From NCBI GenBank assembly GCA_041687695.1, contig JAWLBL010000015.1:67627-131626 (forward strand): DNA of 64,000 nt. The letters are read 5' to 3'. Positions 43,870 to 55,854 of the stretch are shown here, piece by piece. A model generated the notes under the pieces. That model saw nothing but the letters and a program-made list of their open reading frames with translations, searched no databases and was not told the DNA's origin. Made by a program: the position numbers and the translations under genes. Source of the stretch: Myxococcota bacterium (GTDB lineage Bacteria; Myxococcota_A; UBA9042; PHBI01; JAWLBL01). How positions within the stretch are numbered: the stretch's first letter is position 1; each line of letters begins with the position of its first letter.

Positions 43870-45375
43870 CTACTTGGGGGCGGTGCCGGAGAGGATCCAG
43901 GCGCGGCGGGTGCGGACGAGGTCGAGGAGGTTGCCGAAGCCGGGCTGGGTGGGGTGGGTCGCGGCGAGGTAGTCGGGGAGGCTGGCGTTGGGGTCGACGG
44001 TGAGGACGGGGCGGGCGAGGGCGTCGAGCTCGGCGACCCAGGTGGCGTGGACGGGCTCGGCCAGCCAGGCCTCGGCGACGTGGCGCAGGTAGGCGAGGTA
44101 GCGCTCGCGGTAGGCGGGGACGGCCAGGATGCGGCCGACCAGGGGGTAGTTGGCGCCGGCGCCGCAGACCGGGTCGGTGGGGTCGTCGCAGGAGCCGGCC
44201 TCGTAGGCGCGGTCGAGATCCCAGGGCAGCATGGTGAAGCGGCCGGTGTCCGGGCGGCGGTAGAGGTAGAAGTTGTTCCCCTTGCCGAAGTAGCTGTCGT
44301 AATTGCCCAGGGCGACGGTGACGGCGGTGAGGCGCAGGAAGGCGTCGACGTCGAAGACCGCTTCGAGCGCCGGGCCGAAGCCGTCGTCGGGCGCGTGGTT
44401 CAAGACGTCGAGGAAGGCGACGAGGTCGGCGTAGTCGCTGCGGGCGGGGTCGTCCTCGTTGGTCTTGAGCACGAGGCCGCACTGGTCGAAGCCCTGGCCG
44501 CAGCCGCCGTCCTGCGCGTCGTGGAGGTAGTCGGCCTTGGTGTCGCCCTTCCAATGGAGCAGGCAAGTGCCGTTGAAGTTGTAGACGCACTTGTAGAGAT
44601 TGCCGTCGTCGGCGCCGCCCTGGGTGCCGAAGCGCTCCTTGAGGAAGCGCTTGTCGATGGGCTGCACCAGCGTGTACAGGCCGTGGTCGCGGCCGTCGAC
44701 CCGCAGGCGGACGTAGGCCGTGCGCGGCGCCGGGACGCCCATGCCCTGGTAGACCCGGGCGGCGAGGCGCTCGCGCATGAAGCTGGGGTCGTTGACGGCG
44801 TTGCTGAGGCCGACCTCTTCGGCGCCGTGCAGGCGCAGGCCCGAGTAGGCGTCGAAGTGCAGCTTGAGCGGGTACTTGGCGCCCGGCGGGGCGGGGCCGT
44901 CGCCGGCGGGCGGGACCACCAGCGACGAGAAGCCCTTGAGGCGCACGCCGATGGGGTCGCGCTGCAGGTCGTCCCAGGTCAGCGCCGCCGGATAGACCAC
45001 CTTGTCGAACAGGGTCTGCCAGTCGACCAGCATGGCCGCCCAGTCGCCCTCGGCGAAGGTCAGCGAGACCTCGATGACCCGGTCCTGCACGAACAGCTGG
45101 TCGAGGGCCTCGGGCAGCGGCGGCTCGGGCTCGGAGCCGAGGTCGCCGCTCGCGGCGTCGTCAGTCGCCGCATCGCCGGTCACGGCGTCGCCGGTCGCGG
45201 CGTCGGGTCCGCGCGCGTCGGCCGGGTCGGCGTCGGTCGTGGCCGCGTCGTCGCCCGAGACCTCGCCAGCGGCGTCGGGGGCGGGTGAGGCGGTGGGCTC
45301 GGCGTCACAGCCGGCGCCGGCCGCCAGGGCGACCAGGCCGAGCACCAGCGAGCGAGCGAAGGGAACCGAGCGCAT
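43870..45375 (-). CDS. CotH-family kinase lipoprotein
   Basis: Lipobox AGC, IGVRLKG, DPSFMRERLA, GLYTLVQ, GNLYK, NYDSY, NNFYLY, LPWDLD. Confidence 0.9.
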   Translation of the reverse strand: MRSVPFARSLVLGLVALAAGAGCDAEPTASPAPDAAGEVSGDDAATTDADPADARGPDAATGDAVTGDAATDDAASGDLGSEPEPPLPEALDQLFVQDRVIEVSLTFAEGDWAAMLVDWQTLFDKVVYPAALTWDDLQRDPIGVRLKGFSSLVVPPAGDGPAPPGAKYPLKLHFDAYSGLRLHGAEEVGLSNAVNDPSFMRERLAARVYQGMGVPAPRTAYVRLRVDGRDHGLYTLVQPIDKRFLKERFGTQGGADDGNLYKCVYNFNGTCLLHWKGDTKADYLHDAQDGGCGQGFDQCGLVLKTNEDDPARSDYADLVAFLDVLNHAPDDGFGPALEAVFDVDAFLRLTAVTVALGNYDSYFGKGNNFYLYRRPDTGRFTMLPWDLDRAYEAGSCDDPTDPVCGAGANYPLVGRILAVPAYRERYLAYLRHVAEAWLAEPVHATWVAELDALARPVLTVDPNASLPDYLAATHPTQPGFGNLLDLVRTRRAWILSGTAPK

Positions 45376-45449
45376 GCGACCTCCGTGACGGCAGGACCGC
45401 GGAGATTAGTGTCGCGCTGCGCTCGGTTCCAGCGTTCGCGGATCGGCGG

Positions 45450-45848
45450 TCAGGACAGGCGCGCCAGCAGGCGGTCGACCATCCAGATCCAGTCGTCCTT
45501 GGCCTCGTCGTCGAACCACTTGCGCTGCAGATCCGAGGCGCCCTTGACGCGCTCGACCGCGCCGCGGGCCAGCAGCACGTCCTCGTCCTCGAAGGCCTCC
45601 TCGTTGTCCTCGATCCAGGCGGGGATCGTCTCGGGCACCCGCGGCGCCGCCTTGCCCCGCGACGCCGCGACCACCTCGGCCGCCGCGATGGCGATGGCCG
45701 CCGTCTCCTCGTCGATCCGCTCGCCGTCGTCCGCCTCGGCGACCGCGCTCAGCGCGTCGAGCACGTACTGCTCGTCCTCGCCCTCGAGCTCGACCAACCA
45801 CTCGACCGCCGCGTCGTTCTGAAAGCTTCCGGGACCCCAGGCATCCAT
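45450..45848 (-). CDS. DUF4259 family protein
   Basis: MDAWGPGSFQNDAAVEW N-terminus, acidic composition. Confidence 0.75.
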   Translation of the reverse strand: MDAWGPGSFQNDAAVEWLVELEGEDEQYVLDALSAVAEADDGERIDEETAAIAIAAAEVVAASRGKAAPRVPETIPAWIEDNEEAFEDEDVLLARGAVERVKGASDLQRKWFDDEAKDDWIWMVDRLLARLS

Positions 45849-46054
45849 CGCGCACCTCAAGCAGTTTCGGCAACAGCCGTCTCGTGGCTGCGCGCCCCGA
45901 CACCTCGCCGGGCCGCGCGAAGGCGCGCACCGTAATCGCGCGCGCCCCGATGCGCCACCAAGCGTTGTGGGCCGACGTCGATTCCCGCGCACGCCTTGCG
46001 GTGGCGCCGGCCCCGGTGTCTCTCGCTGAGGCCGGGCCGCCTCGCGCCGCCGCG

Positions 46055-49000
46055 TCACTGGATCGGCAGGTGGACGATGAAGGTCGAGCCGCGGCCGACC
46101 TCGCTGTCGACGCTGATGGTGCCACCCATGGCGCGGACGATCTCGGAGACCACCCACAGGCCGACGCCCAGCCCGGCGTAGCGCGCGCCGGACACCGCGC
46201 GCTCGAAGCGGTTGAAGATGCGCGCGCGGTCGTGCTGCGCCACGCCGATGCCCTGGTCGCGGACCTGCAGGATGGCCTCGTCGCCCTCGCGGGTGAGCGA
46301 GACCGCCACCGGCTGGCCGCCGCCGTAACGCAGCGCGTTCGACAGCAGGTTGCTGAGGATCTGGTCGATCCGCATGCGATCGAACTGGCCGTGCAGGTCG
46401 CCCGACAGCGTCAGCGTCAGCTCGGAGCCGGCGCCGTCGGCCTCGGGGCGGAAGCGGGCCACGACCTCGCGGGCGACATCCGCCAGATCCAGCGCGTGGG
46501 GCATCAGCAGCGGCGGCCCGGCGCTCAGGCGCGTGACGTCGAGCAGGCGGTTGATGAGCTCGTTCAAGCGGTTGAGGCTGAGCACGGCCGACTGCGCGTG
46601 GCCGTGCAGGACTCGAGGGTCGCTCGCCGCCGGGGGTGCGCCGGGGCGGGTGGCGCGCAGGAGGAGCTGCAGCTGCAGGTCCACGGCGGTCAGCGGGGTC
46701 TTCAGCTCGTGCGAGGCCAGCGAGATGAACTCGTCGCGCACGGTGACCGCCACGCGCAGCTCGTCGAGCAGGCGCTCGCGCTCGACCTCGGCCTGCTTGG
46801 CCGCGGTGACGTCGATGACGGTCCCGATGACCCTGGCCAGCACCGGGTCCGCGTCGGCCGGCGCGTCGGGCGGGGACGGCCGCAGCACGGCCTGGCCGCA
46901 CAGCTCGACCCAGCGCTGCGATCCGTCCATGACGGTGATGCGGCCCACCCAGCGCAGCGGCGCCGCGACGCCCGCCAGCAGCTGCTTGCGCAGGCGCTCG
47001 ACGCCCTCGCGATCGTCGGGGTGCACCATGCGCAGCACCTGCCGGTAGTGCGCCGGCCGTGGGCCCCGGGGGCCGTCGACGATGGCGTAGGTGCGCTGGT
47101 CGCCGTGCATCATCTCGGTCGCGACGTCGAACTCCCAGGTGCCGATGGCGGCGGCCTCGAGCGCCAGGCGCAGCCGCTCCTCGGCCTTGCGCCGGGCCTC
47201 GAACAGGTGCGCGCGCTCGAGGGCCTGCCCGGCCACCTGACCCAGGGTCAGCAGCAGCTCGCGCTGCTCGGGCCGGAAGCGGGTCGGGGCGCCCAGGCCC
47301 ATGGTGATGACGCCCAGGACCCGCTCGCCCAGGCAGATGGGGACGGCCGCCCAGGCGCGGCTGGGCGACCTGGCGATGTGGACGGCCATCTCGGGGAAAG
47401 CCAGGACCATGGCGTCGGGCGTCTCGACCCAGACGGCCTTGCCGGTGCGCAGGGCGCGCGAGCCCGGCGAGCGGTCGTCGGGGTGGAGCAACGCGAAGGC
47501 CTGGAGGGTCGGCACGGCGAGCCCGCGGGCCGCGACCAGGCGAGCCGAGCCGGGCGGCGCGGTGTCGTCGACCAGGTAGATGGCGGCCGAGCGGGCGCCG
47601 ATGGCGTCGGGGGCGTCGCTGACGAGGGCGTCCGCGATGTCGGCCGGCGTGACGGCGCGTGCCATGGCGGCGGTGACGGCCTGCAGGCGGCTCATGCGTT
47701 CGGCGGCCTCGTGGGCCTCGTCGAACAGCATGGCGTTCTCGATGGCCAGCGAGGTGCGGCGGGCGAGATCCTGGGCGAGGCGCAGCTCGTGGGGGCCGAA
47801 GCGGCGGCCCGACTCGCCGGTGGCCAGGGCCAGCACGCCGACGGTGGCGCCGCGGGCGAGCAGCGGGACGACCAGGTACGAGCGGAGATCCAGGCGGCGC
47901 AGGATGGCCAGGTGCTGGGCGTCGCGGGCGATGGCCTCGAGGGTGACGTCGGACAGGTCCGAGAAGAGCTGGGGCTGGCGCGTGCGGATGACCGCGGCGA
48001 TGCCGGAGTCGTCCTGGGTGTGGGCGGGGTAGCGGTGGGCCAGCTCGTAGCCGAGGGCGACGTCGGCGGGGGTCGGGGCGGCGACGGCGACGCGGCGCGT
48101 GAGGCCGCCCTCTTCGCAGAGATCGACCAGGGCCCAGTCGGCCAAGGTGGGGACCGCCAGGTGCACCAGATCCTGCAGGGTCTGCTCGACGTCGAGGGAC
48201 TCGCTGAGGCGCTCGCTGGCGTTGGCGAGCAGCTCGAGGTCGGCCTGGGCCTGGCGGACCGCCGTGACGTCCTGCATCGCGCCGACCATGTGGAGCGCGC
48301 GGCCCCGGTCGTCGCGCAGCACGGCGCCCCGGTCGAGGACGATGGCCCAGCTGCCGTCACCGCGGCGGAAGCGGTACTCGCTGGACCAGAGCTTGTCCCC
48401 CTTGTCGAGCGCCTCGTCCAGCTCGCGCATCACCCGGTCGCGGTCGTCCGGGTGGAGCTGCCGCTCCCACCAGCGGATGTCGGGGGTGACGGTCGACAGG
48501 TCGTGCCCGAAGAGGGTGGCGATGTTCTCGTTCCAGTAGATCTCGCCGCTGTCGAGGTGCCAGTCCCAGACCGCGTCGGCGGTGGCCGTGGTGGCCAGGG
48601 TGTAGCGGGTCTCGGCGCGGCGCAGCGCCTCGTGGACGTCGAAGGTGGTGCCGGCGGCCGAGCGCGGCGCCAAGATGGCGAGGGCGGCCGTGACGCGGCC
48701 GTCCTCGAGGACCGGGTAGCAGCTGATGAGCCAGATCTCGTCGTGGGGGTGGCCGGGAGGGGCGTCGAGGGCCTGGGACAGGACCGGGGCGCCGGCCTCG
48801 AGGGCCTTGCGCACGTGGACGGCGGTGTGGTCCGGGAGCCGCTCGGCGAGGGCGTCGAGGGGCAGGCCCGGCAGCGCGTCGGCGGGCATCTTCACCAGGT
48901 CGGCGAAGGAGGGGTTGGCGCCCAGCAGCGAGGCGTGGGCGTCGACGACGGCGACGCCCATGGGCAGAGACAACATGACCCTGTGGAGGACGTGACCGAT

Positions 49001-49177
49001 GCGGGTCGGGTCGTGCTCGGGTGGGGGCAATCGGGGCTCCGCGGAGGTCGGCGCGAGAGATGCCCCCTGGTGATAACACGGCGGCGCGTCAGCGGCGACT
49101 CGCGGTGACCAGTCGCTGTTACCGACCTCGGAGGGGGTGTCCAGGGTTGCCCGAGGTCCCCCGAAAGGGGGGCGCAC
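46055..49177 (-). CDS. PAS/GAF sensor histidine kinase (start uncertain)
   Basis: PAS (HPDDR), two GAF domains, ASHELKTPLT, NLLSNALRY, DQGIG, GLGVGL. Confidence 0.9.
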   Translation of the reverse strand: MRPPFGGPRATLDTPSEVGNSDWSPRVAADAPPCYHQGASLAPTSAEPRLPPPEHDPTRIGHVLHRVMLSLPMGVAVVDAHASLLGANPSFADLVKMPADALPGLPLDALAERLPDHTAVHVRKALEAGAPVLSQALDAPPGHPHDEIWLISCYPVLEDGRVTAALAILAPRSAAGTTFDVHEALRRAETRYTLATTATADAVWDWHLDSGEIYWNENIATLFGHDLSTVTPDIRWWERQLHPDDRDRVMRELDEALDKGDKLWSSEYRFRRGDGSWAIVLDRGAVLRDDRGRALHMVGAMQDVTAVRQAQADLELLANASERLSESLDVEQTLQDLVHLAVPTLADWALVDLCEEGGLTRRVAVAAPTPADVALGYELAHRYPAHTQDDSGIAAVIRTRQPQLFSDLSDVTLEAIARDAQHLAILRRLDLRSYLVVPLLARGATVGVLALATGESGRRFGPHELRLAQDLARRTSLAIENAMLFDEAHEAAERMSRLQAVTAAMARAVTPADIADALVSDAPDAIGARSAAIYLVDDTAPPGSARLVAARGLAVPTLQAFALLHPDDRSPGSRALRTGKAVWVETPDAMVLAFPEMAVHIARSPSRAWAAVPICLGERVLGVITMGLGAPTRFRPEQRELLLTLGQVAGQALERAHLFEARRKAEERLRLALEAAAIGTWEFDVATEMMHGDQRTYAIVDGPRGPRPAHYRQVLRMVHPDDREGVERLRKQLLAGVAAPLRWVGRITVMDGSQRWVELCGQAVLRPSPPDAPADADPVLARVIGTVIDVTAAKQAEVERERLLDELRVAVTVRDEFISLASHELKTPLTAVDLQLQLLLRATRPGAPPAASDPRVLHGHAQSAVLSLNRLNELINRLLDVTRLSAGPPLLMPHALDLADVAREVVARFRPEADGAGSELTLTLSGDLHGQFDRMRIDQILSNLLSNALRYGGGQPVAVSLTREGDEAILQVRDQGIGVAQHDRARIFNRFERAVSGARYAGLGVGLWVVSEIVRAMGGTISVDSEVGRGSTFIVHLPIQ

Positions 49178-49313
49178 CCGTCACTGGTAAGGAGGTCACG
49201 CGATGGACGTCTTCGAGCTGTCGAGGGCGGACCGCATCGGGGAGCGGGTGCACGAGGCGCGGCGCGGGTGAGGGCGGGTGGGCCGGGGCGGCGCGATCGC
49301 CCCGGGGCGGGCG

Positions 49314-50759
49314 TCAGCGGCCCGGGCGCGGGGGAGGGCAGGGCAGCGGGGGGCGCGCGGCGGCGTCGGGGAGCGCGTAGAGCCACCGGGCGAAGAGGTC
49401 GCGGACGCGCGGGTCGCCGGTCGAGCAGGCGAGGTGGCGCTCGAAGTCGGCGGTCGAGAGGTGGTCGCCCGGGTGGGTGTCGAGCAGGGTGAGCAGCAGG
49501 TCGCGGAGGCGGTCGCGGCCGAGGTGGGCGTCGAGGGCGAGGAAGAGGGAGCGGCCGAACGGCAGGGCGGAGGGCGAGGTGTGGCGGGCCCAGGGGTCGT
49601 CGACGAGGGCGGCGACCGTGGGCGGCGGCGCGGCGCGGGCGCCGAGGAGGTAGTCGGTCCAGGCCTCGTCGAGCCAGCCGTCGGCGGCGCGGGCGGGGGA
49701 GAAGCCGCGGCCGAGGGTGGCGCGGCGGCCGCGGCCCAGCCACTGGTGGATGAGCTCGTGGGCGAGGACCAGCTCGGAGTCGCGGTGGAGCTCGAGGGCG
49801 CCGGCGTACTCCATGCCGCCGGTGGCGTCGGTGGGGGGCGTCTCGAAGATGAGCAGGGTGTCGCCGTGGGGGTAGGCGCCCAGCAGGGGGACCAGCCTGG
49901 CGAGCCAGGCGGCGGCGCGGTCGAGGACGGTGTCGTGGGCGGCGGGGGCGGTGACGCCGGCGTCGCGGTAGGCGAGCAGGGTGACGCGCTGGCCGCCCGG
50001 CAGGGTGACGGTGCGGCGGCGCGAGGTGACGTGGGCGGCGGGGCGGACGGCGAGCAACGGGTCGGCCGGGCCGAAGTGGGGTGGGAACGTGAGGCGCCAG
50101 CGGTTGGGGGCGAGGGCGGTGAGGGCGCCGTTGGTGATGACGGCGTGGGGCTCGGCGGCGCCGGTGAGGGTCACGTCGAGGGCGAGGGTGAAGCTGTCGT
50201 GGACGAGGCCGGCGGGGAGCCAGCTCTCGAGGAAGCGGCCGGGGGCGAGGTCCGACAGGTCGAAGTCGAAGCGGAGGGCGCCGGGGAGCCAGCGGGGCGC
50301 GCGGGCGCCGGGGGCGCGCGGCGCCGAGAGCGGGTAGGCGAGGCGCAGGACGTGCCGTGAGCAGGCGGGCAGGGCGGCCCGGACGACCAGCACGTCGGAG
50401 GCGGGGGCGGTCGAGAGGGCGCGGCGGGTGAGGGTGACCGGCGCCCCGTCGAGCGCGGCCTCGGCGACCTCCTGTCGCAGATCCAGCACCGGGTAGCCGC
50501 CGTCCGGGCCCATGGCGAAGCGCACCTCGGCGACGGCGGAGGCCTGCTGGCGGGCCACGTCGAAGGTCAGGGTCGCGTGCACCTCGTGGAGGTCGACGAC
50601 GGTCGCGCGCAGGCCATCGACCAGGGCGGGCGGCGGTGCGTGCGGCGACCACTCGGCCTCGCAGCCCGCGGCGACCGGCGGGTCGACCTGGGCCACGGTC
50701 GCGACGCCGCCGCAGGACCAGAGCACGGACGTCAACGCAACGGACCGCAGGGCGAGCAT
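49314..50759 (-). CDS. M1-family-like zinc metallopeptidase, probable lipoprotein
   Basis: GGMEY, HELIHQW, downstream WLDEA. Confidence 0.75.
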   Translation of the reverse strand: MLALRSVALTSVLWSCGGVATVAQVDPPVAAGCEAEWSPHAPPPALVDGLRATVVDLHEVHATLTFDVARQQASAVAEVRFAMGPDGGYPVLDLRQEVAEAALDGAPVTLTRRALSTAPASDVLVVRAALPACSRHVLRLAYPLSAPRAPGARAPRWLPGALRFDFDLSDLAPGRFLESWLPAGLVHDSFTLALDVTLTGAAEPHAVITNGALTALAPNRWRLTFPPHFGPADPLLAVRPAAHVTSRRRTVTLPGGQRVTLLAYRDAGVTAPAAHDTVLDRAAAWLARLVPLLGAYPHGDTLLIFETPPTDATGGMEYAGALELHRDSELVLAHELIHQWLGRGRRATLGRGFSPARAADGWLDEAWTDYLLGARAAPPPTVAALVDDPWARHTSPSALPFGRSLFLALDAHLGRDRLRDLLLTLLDTHPGDHLSTADFERHLACSTGDPRVRDLFARWLYALPDAAARPPLPCPPPRPGR

Positions 50760-50926
50760 CCCGCGAGCCTAGCCCAGCCCGCCCGGCGAGCGCCACCGCC
50801 GCCGCCGCCGCCGCCTCCGCCGCCATCATCTCGCCACATCTCCTCCCCGGACCTTCCTCGGCGCGTCCGTCACCCGGCCCCAGGCGGCGCCCAACCTGAG
50901 GCTCGTCCACTGCCAAGGAGCCTCCC

Positions 50927-51436
50927 ATGGACACCGCCACCCGCCCGTCCGTCCCCACCGCCCTGCTCGTCGCCTTCGGCGGCCCCGCCGCCGCCGGCGC
51001 CCTGCTCGGCCTGCGCGCCGGCGCCGCCGACGCCCTCGCCCAGGCCGGCGCCCTCCCGGCCGTCATGGCCGGCACCGCCGCGCTCACCCTCCCGGCCCTG
51101 TACATCGGCGCCTCCATCCTGGGCCTCGTCCCCGCCGCCGACGTCATGGCCCGCGCCACCCTCGCCGCCCTGCGCGCCACCGGCCTCCTCCTGCTCGGCC
51201 TCGCCCCCGCCCTGGCCTTCCTCATCGCCACCCTCCCCAGCCCCTCGGTCGCCCTGGCCCTGGTCGCCGCCGCCACCGCCGGCGCCGTCCTGGCCGGCCT
51301 GCGCACCCTGCACCTCGCCCTGAGCGCCGCCGCCCCCGCCGACCGCCCGCCCCTGCTCCTGACCGCCCTCCTCACCGGCTGGTCCCTGGCGGCCCTCGCC
51401 ATCGGCGGCCAGCTCTTCTTCCAACACGTCGCCTGA
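50927..51436 (+). CDS. Integral membrane protein
   Basis: AAGGAG RBS, multiple hydrophobic helices. Confidence 0.7.
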   Translation: MDTATRPSVPTALLVAFGGPAAAGALLGLRAGAADALAQAGALPAVMAGTAALTLPALYIGASILGLVPAADVMARATLAALRATGLLLLGLAPALAFLIATLPSPSVALALVAAATAGAVLAGLRTLHLALSAAAPADRPPLLLTALLTGWSLAALAIGGQLFFQHVA

Positions 51437-51450
51437 CCCGGAGCCCCCCC

Positions 51451-52178
51451 ATGACCCAGCAGCCCGCCACCGCCACCGCCACCTTCGACCGCCTCCTGCG
51501 CGACCTCCCGGCCACCCTGGCCCGCATCCGCGCCGGCGACGACCTCGCCGGCCTCGCCCGCGTCGCCCTCGCCGTCCTCGCCCTCAGCGCCGCCGTCTTC
51601 GGCGCCGTCCTGGGCGCCCACCGCGGCGGCCTCCAGATCCTCTACGCCGCCGTCAAGCTCCCCCTGGTCTTCCTCTTCACCGCCGCCCTGTGCGCCCCCG
51701 CCCTCACCGCCCTCAACGCCGCCCTCGGCCGCCGCGCCGACCTCCGCCGCGACCTCGCCCTGCTGCTGGTCGCCCTCGCCCGCGTCGGCCTCGTCCTCGC
51801 CGCCCTCGTCCCGCTGGTCCGCCTGGCCCCCGCCGCCGGCGCCAGCTACCACATGGCCGTCCTGCTGGTCGTCCTGGCCTGCGCCCTGGCCGGCCTGGTC
51901 GGCGTCTTCACCCTGTGGCGCGGCCTGCGCCTGGCCGCCCCCGACGCCGCGGGCCTCGCCGCCGCCGGCCTGCTCCTCGTCTTCTCCCTGGTCGGCGCCC
52001 AGATGGCCTGGACGCTGCGCCCGTGGCTGCTGCGCCCCCGCGCCCCCGAGCCGGTCTTCGTCCGCGGCCTCGAGGGCAACTTCCTCGACGCCCTCGGCAC
52101 GACCGCCGACTCGGCGCGCGGCCACTACGTCCGCCCCGAGGCGCCCGTCCCCGCGCCCTGGCCCGCGGAGGGACGCCG

Positions 52179-52182
<4 letters not shown>
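51451..52182 (+). CDS. Integral membrane protein
   Basis: About 5 TM helices, KLP and [10 protein letters not shown] motifs. Confidence 0.75.
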
Positions 52183-52835
<653 letters not shown>

Positions 52836-52846
52836 GCTGCGGCGCG

Positions 52847-53553
<707 letters not shown>

Positions 53554-53557
<4 letters not shown>

Positions 53558-55053
53558 CCGCGTCCCGCTCGCGCCGCGCCCGCCTGTTCGACTGGCTCTA
53601 CCGCATCCGCACGCGGCTGCTGCTGGTCAAGGTGCTCATCGTGGCGGTGCCGCTGGTGGGCCTCGGCTTCGCGCGCCTGTACGAGCGCGAGATGCTGCGC
53701 GCCCTGGAAGACGACATGGTCCACCAGGGCCAGGTGCTGCGCGCGGCCCTGCTCGCCGACCCCACCGGGCTCCGCCTGAGCGAGCGGCAGGCCCTGCTGG
53801 TCACCGCCGCCCGCGAGACCCGCGCGCGGATTCGCCTGCTCGGCCCGGATCTGCGCGTGTGGGCCGACTCGCACGCCGACGGGCCGCCCGAGGGCCCCGA
53901 GCGGCCGCCCCCGCGCCTGCTGCCCGGCGAGGCCCCCAGCGCCCGCGTCGCGACCGAGCCGCCGGGCCCGGTCGACCTGACCGACCGCCGCGAGCTGGTC
54001 CTGGCGCGCCGCGGCCAGTACGGCGCCGCCACCCGCGTGTGGGAGCGCGGCCGCCGGGTCTACCTCTTCAGCGCGCTGCCCATCGAGCAGGGCGGCCAGG
54101 TCACCGGCATCGTCTACCTCACCCGCTCGACCTACCCCGTGCTGGCGGCCCTGTACCGCCTGCGGACCAGCCTGCTGCAGGTGCTCGCCGCCGCCGTCGC
54201 GGCCACGGCCGTGCTCACCCTGCTCTTCGCGGCGACCATCTCGCGGCCCCTCACCCGCCTGACCCGCATCGCCCGCCGCATCGCCGCCGGCGACCGCACC
54301 GACGCGAACGTGTGGGGGGCCTTGGCCCTGCGCCGCCGCGACGAGATCGGCGACCTCGCCCGCGCCTTCGATCAGATGGCCCGCGAGCTCGACGAGCGCG
54401 CCCGCTACGTCGCCGAGCTGGCCGCCAACATCTCCCACGAGTTCAAGAGCCCCCTCACCAGCCTCCGCGGCGCCGCCGAGCTGCTGCTCGACGGGGCGGC
54501 CGACGATCCGCGGGCCCGCACGCGCTTTCTCGAGAACATGCTGGCCGACGCCCACCGCCTCGATCGCCTGGTGACCCGCCTGCTCGAGCTGTCGCGCGTC
54601 GAGGCCGACCTCGCCCCGGTCGAGGTCCTCGACCTCGAGGCCCTGACGCGCGAGGCCGCCCGCCAGGCCCCCGGCGCCGCCCCGGTCCGCGTCACCTGGG
54701 CCGCCGGCGCCACCCTGGTCCCCGGCCGCCGCGCCCACCTGGCCGCCCTGCTGGCCAATCTGGTCGACAACGCCCAGCAGCACGCCGCGCGCGACACGGA
54801 GGTGTCGGTCCACGTCGCCGACGTCTCGGGCGGCCTTCGGCTGGACGTGACCAACCAAGGCCCGCCCATCAGCGCCGCCAACCTGCCCCGGGTCTGGGAC
54901 CGCTTCTTCACCACCCGCGCCGGCGAGGGCGGCACCGGCCTCGGCCTGCCCATCGTCAGGGCGGTCGCCGAGGCCCACGGCGGGACCGTCGCGGTGACGA
55001 GCGGCGACGGGGCGACGACATTCTCGGTGCAATTGCCAGCCGCCCGGGCCTGA
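53554..55053 (+). CDS. HAMP sensor histidine kinase (CreC-like)
   Basis: Two TM helices, [31 protein letters not shown]. Confidence 0.92.
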
Positions 55054-55151
55054 GCGGATTCGCGGCGCCGCCCGGTCCGGCACGTGACGACTTCCCCTCG
55101 GGCCGGCTGGAAGCCAGCGATCCCAGCGGGGGGACGCTGCCGATGTGGTCG

Positions 55152-55590
55152 TCGGGCCGGCTGGAAGAGGGTGTCGTATCGACCCAGTCGCAGGTTGCCT
55201 TGGAGTGCTCCGGCTTGCCGGAGCCCCGGTCCCGGCGGCTTGCCGCCGGGTTCTGGCCGCCAAACCGGCGCAGCAAGCTGCGCCGAATCGGGGCTCCGGC
55301 AAGCCGGAGCACTCCGGGAGAGCTTCTGCGACACCCTCTGGAAACCGGCGATTCCAGGGGCTTGACGCTGCCGATGGGGACCGGTCGGGCCGGCTGGAAG
55401 AGGGTGTCGTATCGACCCCGTCGCAGGTTGCCTTGGAGTGCTCCAGCTTGCTGGAGCCCCGGAGCCGGCGGCTTGCCGCCGGGATCTGGCCGCTAAACCG
55501 GCGCAGCAAGCTGCGCCGAATTGGGGCTCCGGCAAGCCGGAGCACTCCGGGAGAGCTTGTGCGACACCCTCTTGAAACCGGCGATTCAGG
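55152..55590. repeat. Two 233-bp-period REP/REPIN-like units with nested inverted repeats
   Basis: GTGTCGTATC at 55171 and 55404. Each unit has GGAGTGCTCC(G/A)GCTTGC...GCAAGCCGGAGCACTCC and AGAGGGTGTCG...CGACACCCTCT arms. Confidence 0.85.
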
Positions 55591-55854
55591 AGGCCGCCGG
55601 TGCTTCAGGAGTGCCCGCGCTAGCGCGGGCTCGTTGGATCGCGCCGCTTGCGGCGCACCGGGCCGCGGTCATCTTCCGGCCGGACGCCAGCGATCCCAGC
55701 GGGCGGATGCTGCCGATAGGGGCCGTCGGGCAGGCTGCAAGCCGGCGCCCCTAATGGAGGCGGCGGAGTGTGACGACACCCTGCCCAGGTCGGCGGCCCC
55801 TGCGCTGCGGGGGTGACCCGCAGGGTCGGGGGCCGCCGTCTGGACCTTCGGGCG

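Noticed and set aside
50790..50826. GCC trinucleotide run
   Set aside because: Low-complexity sequence expected at this GC content.
45884..52125. Long ORFs 45884-49108 (+) and 48892-52125 (-)
   Set aside because: Shadow or off-frame ORFs overlapping well-supported kinase, peptidase and membrane genes.
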